A stretch of 64,000 nt of DNA from Callorhinchus milii (taxonomy: Eukaryota), in contig NW_024704742.1 of assembly GCF_018977255.1 (NCBI RefSeq), positions 120,654,001-120,718,000 on the forward strand, given 5' to 3'. The position numbers and the translations under genes were made by a program. This document shows positions 11,216 through 25,180 of this stretch, in pieces. Positions within the stretch are counted from its first letter, which is position 1, and each line of letters opens with the position of its first letter. A model generated the notes under the pieces. It did no database searches and was not told the DNA's origin. It saw only the letters and a list, made by a program, of their open reading frames with translations.

Positions 11216-14200
11216 CTCATGTCCTCCATTTTAAATGAACATTACAATTTTTTTTTCCTGTTTCTCCAAACAAGGTTAACTTAAGTATTAAATAGCAAAG
11301 GTAGGATTTGTGCCTCCTCTCTTGTCAGATTGTGGTCTGGATAAGACTGGTGGGAATCTAAAGTTACTTTGTCCACTCTCCAGTTAAGACATACTTCATC
11401 ATAGCTCAGCTATCAGTGTTTTGACATATGGTATGTGCTTACTTACATCTGTCACATTGAAGGTGACCCTGTCATATCAGACACAAAAGCATGTCCTGTT
11501 TTAACACAGAAAATCTTACTTGCCCATAATCACGCTATTTCAAATAGAAAATTTTCCTCAGTGAGAACTGTGTACTATTAACATATAATACCCATGTATA
11601 ACATACGTAATTATGTTAAAGGAGATAATACAAATGGAAGAATTACACAATAGTCACTATGAAGTATTGCAGATTTACTTCTCAGGACATGTTACCCCTA
11701 CCCTCTGCTGGCTCCTGTTGTTAGACTCTAGTCTCATCAGACTATGTACCTTCTTTAGGCAGCCTAATACTAAACTGTACTATGGTTGTAGACTGGTACT
11801 TCACCTTCTAATAGATTGCCAATATACTGTATTTTTACCTTACCCTATAGGAAAAATAAATGGTCCAGCACATTTTTTTGGAATAGGAGACTTGAGCTGC
11901 CAATCTTGCATTAGTCACTTCGCTTTATATTCTGTGAAGTGCTTTGAGTCATCTCGAAGATGCAATAATGCACTATATCAAATGCAAGCTTTATTATTAA
12001 TCTACTAGATGTATAAGACATGCTGGATTGTTTATAACAATAATTTGAGCTAGATAAGTTGTGGTGAAACTGTTGAGCCATGGTAGTTCAGTTGCTCATA
12101 AGAATACATGAACTAACACACATGATTGCCTGATTTCATATAAAAGAATACACAGCTGATTTGACTGGACATTTTCCAAGGTGAACTCCAGTTCTGCATT
12201 GTTCCATTTCACCTATGATGTAGCACATCCTTTGCTGCTCACTACAGGTAACGTTCTTGCACCATGCACCATAAGCTAGGCATCATAAAGGAACCATAGC
12301 AGAAAATAAATGAATATACATTTAAAAAGTTGTGAGGTGTAAAGTATTTGATCCTTCACTGCTTTTCAACTTGCATGTGCAAAAATAGTTTTCCCCCTGG
12401 CATACAAAATGACCTAGAATAACAAGCTGAACAGGTCTATGCATTCATTACTCCCTGACTGCAGATATCCCTGTGAACATATCATCACTGGATATATTTA
12501 TAATTACCATGTCAAAATTGGTCTTCATTCTGTACAGACATTATCGTGTATTGCTGAACTGAATGCACCGAAACATTCAAATAATTTTAAATTGTTCATG
12601 CTTTGCTGTTGTGGTTTATTCAAGAATAAATTAATGTCACCCAGCAAAATATTGTACGGTTTTTCAATAAAAAGACTATTGTCCTATCAATGGGTTCTAT
12701 TGTATGGTGTTTTATCTAGCATTCTTTCTGGTTAAGAAGGACACCAAGACAAAACTCAACAGCCATGATGGTGCAGTAAGGGAACAATCTGCTTGCACAA
12801 CTGAAAACATGAACTTCTAAAGCAAACTTGAAACAAAACTTCTTCTTACCCCCAATATAATTGAAAAAGAAGATATTTGAGACAATATTCAAATCCAGCA
12901 GACATTAAGACTTGGATAGTATTCTAGTAAACGGCTTGAGCTCAGTGCCAGGGCCTCTCATGTTAACTGAACTCCTCCAAGTGGCACAACGTCCTAATGA
13001 ATTCTAGCCCTCTGTAATTTGCTTGAAAATGATTTTATTACTTTGCTTATTATGACTACAGCAAAAAAATTAAGTGAATTTTTATTAATGCATTAAAATC
13101 ATAGAATGTTTACTGCACAGAAGGAGACCATTCGACCCATCTTGTCTCCGCAGGTGACAGATCATCCACTGGAGCTGTCTCGTCTAATCCCACTACCTTG
13201 CTCCTTTGCATAACCTTTAATATCCCTTCAAATGTTATTCAATTTCCTTTTAAGTTCTGACCTTCAACAACCAATTGGGATGAAGCATTCCTTACTCTGT
13301 GTGTGTAAAAACATCTTTAACCTTCCTTTTTTCTGCAGGTTGCAGTGGTCAATTTATGTTCTTGAATTATGTCAAATTTTATGTCTTACATCTCAACAAA
13401 AAGATGAAAGATGAAACAGTCTTTCAGAGCACAAAGGGTTACAATAATATTTTACAATAGTAGAGGTATTGGGGCGATCTTTTATAAAGCTGTTAATTTC
13501 TCAAGGAGAAAATATAATCTTGGTTTCTTCCTTGATAAGATTTACATTTTCTTAAGAATCAGCTTTTGTCTTTTCCTCCAGTAGGTATGCAACACTAATT
13601 AATCAGCTGACTAAACCATCTCCGCAATTTTATCTAGTTTCTTGAATTCCAATTGGAAGTGAGCGAGTGGACTGAAATTTAACAGATTCCAAGACACTTT
13701 GTGTCAGTCATTATCCAGCTTTTGTTACAAACTATTTTCCTTTCAAGCAAATTTTGGCACACTAGACACTGCCATTTTACTGGGTTGGGTCCTTGAAGTG
13801 ATGATATAATTAAAAGTGTCACATTCTCAGCTCTTGGGAGCCAAATATTGCCAGAAACCACTAATTAACAACTTACAAGGATCCAAAACCCCATCACAAC
13901 TAAGGCCTAAATGCAAACTGCAATAGAATTAGCATTTGTTTTGCTTTATGCCAAGGACTTAACCGGGGAATAAAAATTAAGTACTAGAGCTAGTAAGAAA
14001 TATATTAAAAAAACTAAGCAAACAAGGAATGAAACTTTAATTGTTTTAAATCATTTAGGTTGATAGAGCAACTTGGGGAGCTTGTGGAGCAAACAGATTT
14101 GACCTCAATTAAACAGTTCAATTGAAAGGACCTTCAACAATACAACACTCCTCCAGTATTGCGCTGGTATGTGAGTCTAGACTATGAGCTCAACTCCTGC

Positions 14201-14478
14201 TTCCAATTCCAAGGGGACTAGTATGAAAAGGGGAAGAGTTTCCTTGAAATTCCCAACAATCTGGATAAAGATGGATCTCATCCCACGATTCAAATGGAGA
14301 ATATAAAGAAAACTTGGGAAATTTTGTCAACAAATTCATCCAATAAAGATTTTTGTCCAAAATACTCAAAGGGCAATTTTTAAAAAAAAGGAAATTTATA
14401 TAGGGCATCAAGATAACATTTTGTCACAGAATGCCTTCTTCAAGGTAAAAGGTTAAATGCAATGAGAAGTGTTGGAGT

Positions 14479-14820
14479 GGAGTCATGTAGCACAGAGGTT
14501 AGCACACTCGCCTCTCAAACGAGAGGATCCGAGTTCGATTCCCGGGCAAGGTGAAACTTTAAGCAAATTTCCTCACTCCACACAACTGTATTTACCAAGC
14601 AGCAACTAGGACCCGGTTGTCAGTTGAATGCCGGATCGCTTTCCAGGGGTAAAATCATTTTTAAAAAAGTGCGACACTGCTGTATGCAATTAGCTGCCAT
14701 GTTTCGTCCACAAAATACAGTCAATTCACTTTTTACAGTATATTCTATCAAGCGTTTTGAGACATCTCAATAACGTGATAAAGCACTATATAGCTATATC
14801 AAATACAGGATTATTATTGA
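14479..14820 (+). mobile_element. tRNA-derived SINE, long form
   Basis: A/B-box head (GAGTTCGATTCC), central segment and tail as in the other copies. Confidence 0.85.
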
Positions 14821-15059
14821 GTGTATGATTAATTTGCTTGAAGCATTATAGCAAAGCTGTTGCAAATGCAGCTGCTGGGATACTGTAGTGACATTCAGTA
14901 GGCAAATTTACTGTTACAAATACAAATTTACATTTACATTTCTTATGCGCCTTTCATGTTTGGAGGATGTCCCAAGGCACTAATTAGAGCAATACTGAGT
15001 TAGCAGATCTCAGTCAAGAAGCGATAATTGACTGAGTTAGGGGCTATGTTACCCCATAT

Positions 15060-15290
15060 CAGCCTGTCCGGTCCCTCCGCTTGGCCTGCTTCAGGTCTCC
15101 CGCACTTCCCGCCCAACCATTGGCGGTCGGGCATTCAGTATCTCTGCCTCCACACTCTGGAATTCTATCCCGAAATCTATCTGCTTCACCCCCTCTTGCC
15201 GCCTTCAAATCCCGTTTGAAGACCTGATTGTTCAGCGCTCTGGGACATCTTTCCGACGTGAAGGGTCTACACAAGTGTAATTTGTTGTTT
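15060..15290 (+). mobile_element. L2 3' end
   Basis: CCGGTCCCTCCGC...CTCTGGAATTCTATCCC...GACGTGAAGGG tail. Confidence 0.8.
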
Positions 15291-15894
15291 TGTAGTTTTT
15301 TTGATCAGACACTTGCGGAAACCCATCACCATGCTTAAGAGTATCCAACAACAACAACAAAATTACATATATAGAGACCTTTCATGTCGGGAGGACGTCC
15401 CAAAGCTATCCAAACCAAACTGAGAATTCTATGATAGGTTGGTAAAAGCCAAGGCTTAGGGGACCTCAGAGTGAGCGTTATTTATTGTTTGTTTGTTTGC
15501 TTGTGTGAGTTATAGGGGCAGATGGAGAAGGCTAGAAAATCAAGAGAGGGAAGGGAAAGCTGAACCCAATTGTATTCAATGTCGTGCTGGAGATGCACAT
15601 GTAGATGTCTATTGAGACAGGACAATAGTTGGAAGTGGTTACCGGGCTAGATGATAGAGGCTAGGACTCTGCACTTATGCAATTAACCAATTTAAAGTAG
15701 TCATTGGAAATAAATTAGGATAGATATTCTGGAGGGATTACAAAAATACAAGCGAGGTTCAGATGAAGATGGTCCTTCAATCCACTCAATTTCATAATTT
15801 CCAGAACATCTACCCTACCATTTCCATTAGCATCAAATGAGATCAAATCAGCCAAAGAATCTTCATCATCTGTATCCCTCTTGCAAGTCTTTGG

Positions 15895-16220
15895 TTGTTG
15901 GGACTCTGAGCTCCTAATTTAGGCTGACATTCCAATGAAGTATGGAAGAGAGCTGCATTATCATAGGTACCTTTCTTCGGATGAGATTTTAAACTGAGTT
16001 GCCATCTGCCTGTTCAGGGAAAATGTTAAAGTATGGCATTATTTGAAAAGAAAAGGGATTTCCTCCCTGTGTCATGGCTAACAATCCCTCAGATAAGATT
16101 GGTCAATAAGTTCACCGCTGTTTGTGGGACATTGCTGTTCCACATTCACCAACACTTTACACTGTGAAGCTATTTTAGACTGCATGATAATTCACTATAT
16201 CAAATGCAAAATTATATTGA
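15895..16220 (+). mobile_element. old Deu-domain SINE
   Basis: TTCGGATGAGATTTTAAACTGAG...GCTGTTTGTGGGACATTGCTG. Confidence 0.7.
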
Positions 16221-16778
16221 CACTTCCCAATACTTAGAATAAATGTCTTCTCGATCCTCACTTGATTTTAAAAAACAATGTACTTGATATGCAAAACTGA
16301 CTTACTTGTGGAAAATCCACTGTACTCACTGTTCTAATTTGTCCACTGTGATGAGACATGTGATACATATACAAAAGTACCCGGTTTACTATTTTTGCTT
16401 TTGAGTAATTTTTATCTCATTCCACCAAAATAATGCAGCATTTTCATCAGTGAGCCAGATGAGTGTCTGGAGTGTCTGACTCTTGATCTCAAAGTGAATT
16501 ATGGATAAGAATTCTTGGATATATTTTCGACCTGTATTTTTTTCAAAAAATTCTGCAATTTCAAGCACCTGTGTATGGAATACATGATTTAAGGATATAA
16601 CTATATTAATTTAGACAGAAGCAAATCAAAACACAATTAAGTTTTGAGAAACAACAGGGTCTTAGGCTATTAAAAATCAATACAAAATGGGATTTGAACA
16701 CAACTTTAAGTCTCTTTAAACAAAATACATGTTTTTAGCTGTTTAGAATGTCAATTTTATACCTTCAAGGTATAATAT

Positions 16779-16935
16779 AATAATAATAATCCTTGCATTT
16801 GATATAGCACTTTTCACGTCTTCTCGATGTCTCAAAGCGCTTCACAGAATAGACTATAAAGTGAATTGACTGTATATTTGTGGGCGAAACGCGGCAGCCA
16901 ATTGTGCACAGTTCCACCAACAGTCGTGGATTGAA
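16779..16935 (-). mobile_element. SINE 3' half
   Basis: (AAT)n CCTTGCATTTGATATAGC...TGTGGGCGAAACGCGGCAGCCAATTG. Confidence 0.88.
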
Positions 16936-18826
16936 AGAGCATAATACTCTTATATTAAGAGTATTAAACTATTAAATTACACACTTTAGACCTGCAGGGA
17001 ATTCGCAATTTAACTGAAAATCAATAAACCAACCAGTGTGCAGCAATGGTCATATCAGTGACTTCACTTTGAAGAAATCATGCTGTATGTGCATCATATT
17101 TTGTTTCTGTCTTCCAAGGAAAATACTGTCTAATTTTTTAGAATAATCTGTTAAATTATACATTTGTAACTCGTTGGAGAACATGGCATATCAGTGTCAT
17201 AGATACAATGTTCTATTCAATACTTCCCTTGTGAAAAAGTGCTACATCCTTCCTCTCAATCTCTATGTGCTGAGTAAGGTTGCAGTGACCTGGTAGTTAT
17301 CAAACCACAAACATCAATTTTATCATTTGATGCGATGTTTTGTAACATCACAATTTTCTCAATGTCTGTATCTAGAAACGTAATACAAACAGCATTTTCC
17401 CGATTATTTCTTGGCAACACTAAACCTGTAATTCACAGTGTAGTTTACGATTTTTGATTTTGACCACAATGGTTTGTTGATATTGTGCTTCAGTTATACT
17501 GTACAATGAGATAAAGCTGAAACTACACATCACCTCTGAACCATGTAATAAATAATAAAAATACTTGCATTTGATATAACACCTCATCACACTGAAGCGT
17601 CTCTAATTACTTCACACAATGAATTGAAATGCAGTGACTGTTGTTATGTAGGTAAATAAGGCAGCTAAGCTGTGTAGATTATGCAGGACCAGAAGAAACC
17701 ATTGAGGTCCAGTTGGTCAAATTAAAACAAATACATAACTCTAGCTCCCATATCTTCTCGTGATTTATTTTCCAGTCATAGATGTTAATTATGACATCAC
17801 GCATGAATTTCGACCCGTCTCAGTGTATTAAACATTGAGAATCTTCTGAATCTATTTGCAAATAAATTGTGCCAACCACGAACTGTTCCTATACTCAAGA
17901 TCACTCATTTGTGATATTTTAAGGTATCACTTTGCAGGTTATCAATTGAAAATCATTATTTTCTTAAACAAATGAATAATTTAGTTGCTACAACATAATA
18001 ATATAATTACTTTTACCAATGCAATAGCAAAGCAAAATCTTTCAAAATCATAACCTTTGAATACTAATACTGAATTTCAACATAATGTACAGCAGACTAG
18101 TTCAACAAACAATGTAAGAACCCAAAAAACTTCTTCACTCAAAGCTATCTGCAAATTCCTCAACTATGTAATAAACCTGGTACCTCCAGTCCACTTCAAT
18201 CAATCAAACAATTAAATATGGTTGAAGTATCATATGCAGCTAAAAGCAACCCGCTTCTTGTTCCCTGCCCAATCTGCTGAGCTTTCAAACCATTCTACCC
18301 CCTTTATCTGGAACTCCATCCGAGTCCATCCACCTCACCCTCTTCATTCACTCTTTGAAAGCCGACCTTAAGAGCTTTCTCTTCGCTCACACTTTTGGTC
18401 ACCTTCTCTCAAAGCCACCCATTCTCCCCCCAGCTTGATTTCCCAGTGAACTGTATGAAACGTTTTGAGGCATCCTCCTCATGTGCGAAAGACACTATAT
18501 AAATGTGAATTGCTGTTGTAAATAGTACAATGGAATATTAACTTAAATAGCAATTTTATTTTCCTTTTATTAGCCCAGTTGGGCTAAGGAAAGTCTACCT
18601 GAAATAGATGGTACCTTAATTTAACATCTGATCCATAGAACGGCACCTCCAGCACTGTACTGAAATGTCAGCGTAGATTAGATTTTATGAGTTCAAAGTC
18701 CTGATGTAGGATTTGATCCCACAACCTCTGACTCAGAGGTGAGAGGGCTATCAATTGAGCCAGGGTGATACACCTGGTTTAGTTGGTAGCACTGAATGAC
18801 AGTGCTTGGAAGAAGATAATACTGTA

Positions 18827-20640
18827 CAACAACAACAACAACAACAACAAAATTACATTTATAGAGCGTCTTTCACGTCGGGAGTACGCCTCAAAGCGCT
18901 GAACAATCATGTGTCGGGGCCTGAGCATGGGGGAGGGATGGTGTAGGGGTGAGGGAAGGCAGAGAGGTGGGAGGGAGACCAAAGGCACGGTCGAAGAGGA
19001 GGGTCTTGAGACGGGCCTTGAAGCAGGCAAGGGAGGAAGCGAGGCGAAGGGAGCGTGGGATGGAGTTCCAGAGTGTGGGGGCAGAGAGGCTGAAAGCCCG
19101 GCCACCGATAATAGGGCGGGTCGGGCGGGAGACATGGAGCAGGCCAGAGGCCGATGAACGGAGGGAGCGGGCAGGTTGGTAGGGAGTCAGCAGGTCAGAG
19201 AGGTAGGAGCGGGCAAGGCCATGGATGGCATTAAAGCATTAAAGGTGAGGACGAGGATCTTGAACTCGATTCTCTAGGGGATGGGGAGCCAATGGAGTCG
19301 GGCGATGGTGGGAGTGGTGGAGTGGCGGAGCCTGGTGCGTGAGAGTACACGAGCTGCAGAGTTTTGGATGATGTGCAGCTTGTGAAGGGAAGAGTTCAGA
19401 AGGCCAATGAGGAGGGAGTGATGAATGTGTGGATAAGGGTTTCTGCAGCCTGAGGGGTGAGGCGGTGGAGGAGTCTGGCAATGTTTCGGAGGTGGTGGTA
19501 GGCAGTGCTGGTCATGGCGCAGATGTGGGCGAGAAAGGACAGTTCAGGATCAAACAAGACACCCAGGTTCCTGACTGGCTTAGTGAGGTTGAGGCCGTGT
19601 GAAAGGTAGGACCTGAACCAGTCAACGACAGAACCTTGAAGGTTGAGGTGGGAGGAGAGGCGGTGGAGGAGGATTGAGTTGTCCACGGTGTCAAAGGTGG
19701 GAATGGTGCCAGATGATAGGGAGAGATTGATGGTGTCGGAGAGTAGAGGTGCAAGGAGTTGGAGCTGGGAAGTAAGGAGAGGGGTGGGGATGGGGCCAAG
19801 GGAGCAGGTAGTGTGTTTCATGCTGATGAGAGAGGGGAAACAAGTTTGAAAATGTGGAGGGAGGGATGGGTAAGGGTCGGAGTGTGTGGGGGAGAAGAGG
19901 AGGGATTGGCGGGTAAGAGGGTTGAGGCAGCTGAATGGATCACCTCGATTTTGGGGAGGATTTGGGGGGGCGGTAAATGAGGAGAATTTTGAGGGAAAAA
20001 TTGGAGGGTTGGTAGAGTGTAAGGTGAATGAGAGGAATGAGTAAGAGGAGTAAGGGGATGGAGCAAGTGAGGTGCTGGAGATGAGGGGCCACACGGCGGT
20101 TGGGACGTGGGGTATGGTGGGAATTATAGCCAGGTGGTATGGCCTAATTGAGGGGTGAGGTGTCGCCTGGGGCGATCCAGGTTTCAGTGAGGGCCATGAT
20201 GTCGATATTTTCATCAATGATGAGGTTATTGATGGTCAGAGCCTTGTTGCAGAGGGAGCGGACATTTTGAAGGCTGTTGCAGAGGGAACACTAGCCAGGG
20301 GAATGTGTGAGAAGGGAAGGGGTGATGGAGTGATTGGGAGGAAGGATGGGAATAGGGATGAGGGAGGAGAGACTGGCCCCCGGAGTCTGGGTTCGGCAGG
20401 GCTTGCAGTGATAGTGGGGAATGAGGTAGTCAGTGTGGCTGCTGCTGGACAGCCAATGCCGAATGCCACGGTGAGCCTGGCGGAGGATTCCCAGGCTGGA
20501 GCAGAGGGAGGCTGTGGGACGGTCAAGTGGGGATTGGAGGCGAGGAGGGCAGAGAGAGGAGGACAAAGCGGGAGATTTACAGGGATTGGGGCATTTTTGG
20601 GGAAGGACAGCTCGGGTCGTACTGCGTTACTGCACAAAAA
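18827..20640 (-). mobile_element. internally deleted L2 spanning the endonuclease start to the 3' tail
   Basis: LQNVRSLCNKALTINNLIIDENIDIMALTETWI (APE endonuclease N-terminus, ~20170-20270), RT pieces, ORF2 end and (CAA)n tail. Confidence 0.9.
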
Positions 20641-21689
20641 TCACTGGATAATTATATAAGATAAGATACATTTATATAGCACCTTTCACATTGGAGAACA
20701 TCTCAAAGTTCTTGCAACAGCTGCCTGTGCACCTGAGCTGGGGGTATGGAAGATTACCAAAAGTGCAGTTAAAGGGGAGGAAGGTGACTCTGGATGACCA
20801 GAGCAGGACCAGAATGGCTGCAACAGCTAAATAAAAACAGATGGTGAGGTGGAAAGAAAGATGGTGTCCTGAAGATCTTTCTCTTTGGTCATGCCACTCT
20901 CACCAGCTCGGCATCGTGCTCCGCCACTGTCAAACGCTACCCTACGTGAGGATGCTATATAAATGCAAGTTGTTGTTGTCGGATAGGAGAGGAATCACGA
21001 TATTTGTTGAGCGAAGGGCATATTAGCAGGGTTGCAGGAGGTTGCAAATAGGTTGAGGCAAGGCCATGGAGGGATTTGAAAGTGAATTATGGTACTGTTC
21101 TTAGTTTAAATAAAGTAATGTCTATTTATGAATTAGAATATATGTTAACCTACTAAATCTGGAGAATGGTTTGCAATAGATTCCTGTCCCACAAAGTAAC
21201 ATAATACAGTATAATATAATTACAAACCTACAGCAAAGTTATAATTCAGCTGCATTTAATGGTAACAATTACCCACTTCCTTACTTATATTTTTTTCTGC
21301 AATTTCAATATATTACATTTTGTCTCAGCATTTTACATGCATTTTAAATTAGTGTATGAAAGGAGAATTTTTGAATCTTTAAAGCAATATTACAATAATT
21401 GTACAAGTGGATTGAAATTAAATCTAGAGCCTTCTTTTTTCCTGCTGCACGAAGTACAGCAGTAAAATAATCAAATAGACTTAAATGCAGAACTTTAACT
21501 GATAACTATATTATCTGGAAATTGGTCGAAATTCCACTTTATGCTCCCAATCTCACCTTAGAAATAACACATTGCAACCAATTTTAATCAGGTTTCTACC
21601 AAGAAAGAATGAATAAAAATGAATTTTAGCTTTCTTACATTTTTGTTCTATACTAATTATTCACATTATTGTGTTTTAGATGCCAAAAT

Positions 21690-22035
21690 GGAGTCCTGTA
21701 GCTTCGTGGTTGGAGCATTCGCTTCGCAGGCGAGAGGACCTGGATTCGATTCCCGGGAGGGCAAAACCCTGGACAAGTTTCCTTACTCTACACGCCTCTG
21801 TTCACCTAGCATTAAGTAAGAACCCGGTTGTTAGCAGATTGCTTTTCCAGGGATAATAAACCCTTTAATTTAAAAAAAAAATTTGATCACTCAATCCATG
21901 GCTATGTGCAATTGGCTGCCGCTTTTCACCACAAAATAAACAGTCAATTCACTTTATAGTATATTCTGTGAAGTGCTTCTTTGAAGCTCAAAGGCATGAT
22001 AAGGCACTATATCAAATGCAAGAATTATTATTATT
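21690..22035 (+). mobile_element. tRNA-derived SINE, long form
   Basis: GGAGTCCTGTAGCT head through (ATT)n tail. Confidence 0.88.
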
Positions 22036-23642
22036 TAATGCATCTTACACTAGCTAAATATATTCTGGGTCCACATTTCTTATTTCATGCTGGGTGGGGA
22101 TGCCCTCTGGCAGTGTCATCATCAGGGAGAATTATTAGCCTCGGTTTACATTAATGCGGAAATTAAAACACAGTTTACATCACAAGGTACTTTTTCTGGC
22201 ACTGAGGTGCTAGAAATGCTACCACTGTTCTGAGGAATGCTTTTTCAACCCCATTACTTTAAAATGTATTCTCAGCACAGTGTTTTGCTGAACTCAGTTC
22301 TCTGATATAGTTGATCCAATTTTACTTTTGACATAATTGTTCAATTGCAATTTTACAAAACAATAAGCAATTCCTGACTTACAGGTTCATATTCTAAGTA
22401 CTACAAGGATAGCAATTTAGAACTGCATCCTTAGTTCAAGTGTTCTCCTTTCCCACTTCCTTTCATGCTTGAATATTTTTTAGCAATTTGGATAGGACCT
22501 GGGTTATGAAGTGTTAAAAAATAGTCAACACATGTTATTTCCTCAGAATCATTGTTACCCTTTACAAAGAAAGCCTCTACGACTTTCACGCTTATTTTTG
22601 CTACAGAATAAGTTTGTGCTATTTTACTGTTTGAAGACCATTACAGTCCCTATATCAAATGCAAGGACTATATAATTTTGGTAGAGTCCACACACTCATT
22701 TTTCAATTTCTCCCTCTACTGTCAACAAAAGTAGGGTCAAAACATATAAATTGTGCATCAATAGTCTATTTTCTAAGAACTTACACTGTTAGAAAAAAAT
22801 TATATCCTGAAAATTCTCAGCGAAACACCAAAATAACTCCTATCATTCAAAAATGTCATTTGGTATTGCCATCCAATCCCACTCTTCCACTGAGTTATAA
22901 AGTCAGCCATCTGTAAGTTTTCACACTTACACAAGGTGAAGAGTTGAACAGTCCCAGTCCCCAACTTTTAAACCATTCAAAATCTTAAAAGACTTAAGTA
23001 ATAGTGAAGCTTTTAAAGAAAATCTCCCTGTCTCTCTCGCTCCGCGCCTCTGTCAAAAATAATCCTCTCTCTATTAAAAAAAATCTCTATGGCACCCGCC
23101 CAAAACATTCTCTCCCTCTTACCTGTACTCCATTCTTCCGCCTCCTCATTGTCACTCTCTCTCCCTCATCCACACGGGGAAACCCGATGAGGAACACATG
23201 TTGGGCAACCAGGAATTTGGGCAAATAAAAAACATGAGTTCAACGGATTCTATTTCTCTGTACACATCTAATGTCACCTGCAATGTTCTGTTGTGACACT
23301 CGAACCATTGTGGTATCTGGCAGGTTGGCGTCTGTGATTGGTGCCAAAGCAACAAAAGCTGATTTTTTGTTACTTTTGTCAACGTGTTCCAGACTAGAAT
23401 GTGAGAGAGCAATATGTGTCCAATCCCTAGCAGGCTAGTAAAAGGGAACGAATGGTGAATTTTCTATCAATATGGTGTCAAATCCTGCTGATTCAGTAGG
23501 AAGAGATACAGGTTTTGGCAGATAAACAATGGTACAGCCTTGACTTTCGTTTCCCGTAAAGCTGAACTCCATGTCAACCGAAGAATAGAATAGACTTGAG
23601 CACAAATTTCTAAGTTGTAACTACAGGCAGGAGTACATTTCA

Positions 23643-24283
23643 TAATAATAATCTTTGCATCAGCGGGCTCCAGCCTACTTCACGTCCCCCGCCTTGCTCG
23701 CCCCATTATCGGCAAGCGGACCTTCCGCCACTCTGCCCTCACCCTCTGGAACTCCATCCCGCAGTTCCTTTGCCTCGCCCTCTCCCTCGCCACCTTCAAG
23801 ACCCACCGCAACACCCTCCTCTTCGACAGTGCTTTCGATCGCCCTGCTTCGCCCCCTGCCCTCCACCCACCCCGATCCGTAACTCTGTGCAATGCCTTGG
23901 GACATCCTCCCGATGTAAAAGGCGCTTTACAAATATAAGTTTGTTGTGGTTGTTGCTTTAGCGCCTTATCATGGCATTAAGATGTCTCAAAGCATTTCAC
24001 AGAATATACTGCAAAGCGACTTGACTATATATTTTCTGGGCAAAACGTGCAGCCAATTGCGCACAGCAGTGTCCCACAAACAGTCATGGATTGAGTGAAC
24101 ATATTATTATTTTTTTTTGAAGGGATTATTACCCCTGGAAAGTGATCTGCCAGTCGACTAACAACTGGGTTCCTACTTACTGCTAGGTAAACAGATGTGT
24201 GTGAAGTAAAGAAACTTGCCTAAGAGTTTGACTACCCGGGAATTGGACTTTAGTGCTCTAACCAATACGCTACAAGACTCCAC
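23643..24283 (-). mobile_element. long-form SINE whose tail is interrupted by a plus-strand L2 3' fragment (23660-23956)
   Basis: AATAATAATCTTTGCAT | L2 end with (GTT)n | TAGCGCCTTATC... SINE continues to GACTCC at ~24283. Confidence 0.85.
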
Positions 24284-24439
24284 CTTGATGCAGTGCAGTT
24301 TGATCACCTGCACTGTTCATTCATTCAAATAAAGCAGATCACTATACAGATGGCTTCATGAAATGTAAAGCAGACATTGGATTAAATCTATGAAATAAGT
24401 TTATTTAAATCCTCCACAGTTAACTGGTTCCTTCATCTA

Positions 24440-25180
24440 TCTCAAAACCACCTTCGTTAGCTCCCTTCTCAAAAAAAACTGCACTAGACCCCACCCAACT
24501 CTCTTGTTACATCTCCAATCTGTCCTTCCTCTCCAAGGTACTGAAATGAGTTGTTGCCTCCTGATTATGTTTCTTTCTCCCCCATAATTCCTTGTATGAG
24601 ACCCTCCAATTTGGCTTCCACTCCATTCACTGTACAGAGACAACTGTTAGTCAAAGCCAATAATAACATTTGTTTATGTTTGTGGCAGGGGCTCCCTATG
24701 GCTCCTCCTCAACCTCTCTGTCACATTTAATACTGTTAACCACTCCACTATTTCTTCTCCCTGATTCAACTCTAAACATTCCTGATTTCACTCCAACGTG
24801 TCTCAGTATCTCAACTTTGTCTCATCGGTTTCTCCTCCTGCCTCTACACAAACATGTACAGGCTTCTCCAGGGATCTATCCTCAGTCCTCTCCTTTTCAT
24901 AGTCTGTACAAATGTAATTTTGTATTATACATGCTGCCTCTTGGTGACATAATTTGTAAGCAAGGAGCCTACTTCTAAATGTAGAGGGATGACACTCAAC
25001 TCTATCTTTCTGCCTCCGCCCTCAACTCCAGACCACTGATGTTCTGACAGACTGCCTGACATCAATTTCTGAATGAGCTGTACCTTCTTCCAACTCAAAG
25101 TCGGCAAGCCTGAGGCTATGTTGAACTGTTCCCTCATTGCCTCCTCACCTCAGGCGCTGACTGTATCAATCTTTACATAT
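24440..25180 (+). mobile_element. old L2 RT fragment (an opposite-strand L2 3' piece follows at ~25230-25610)
   Basis: Degenerate MLPLGDII...[12 protein letters not shown] sequence with stops. Confidence 0.7.
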
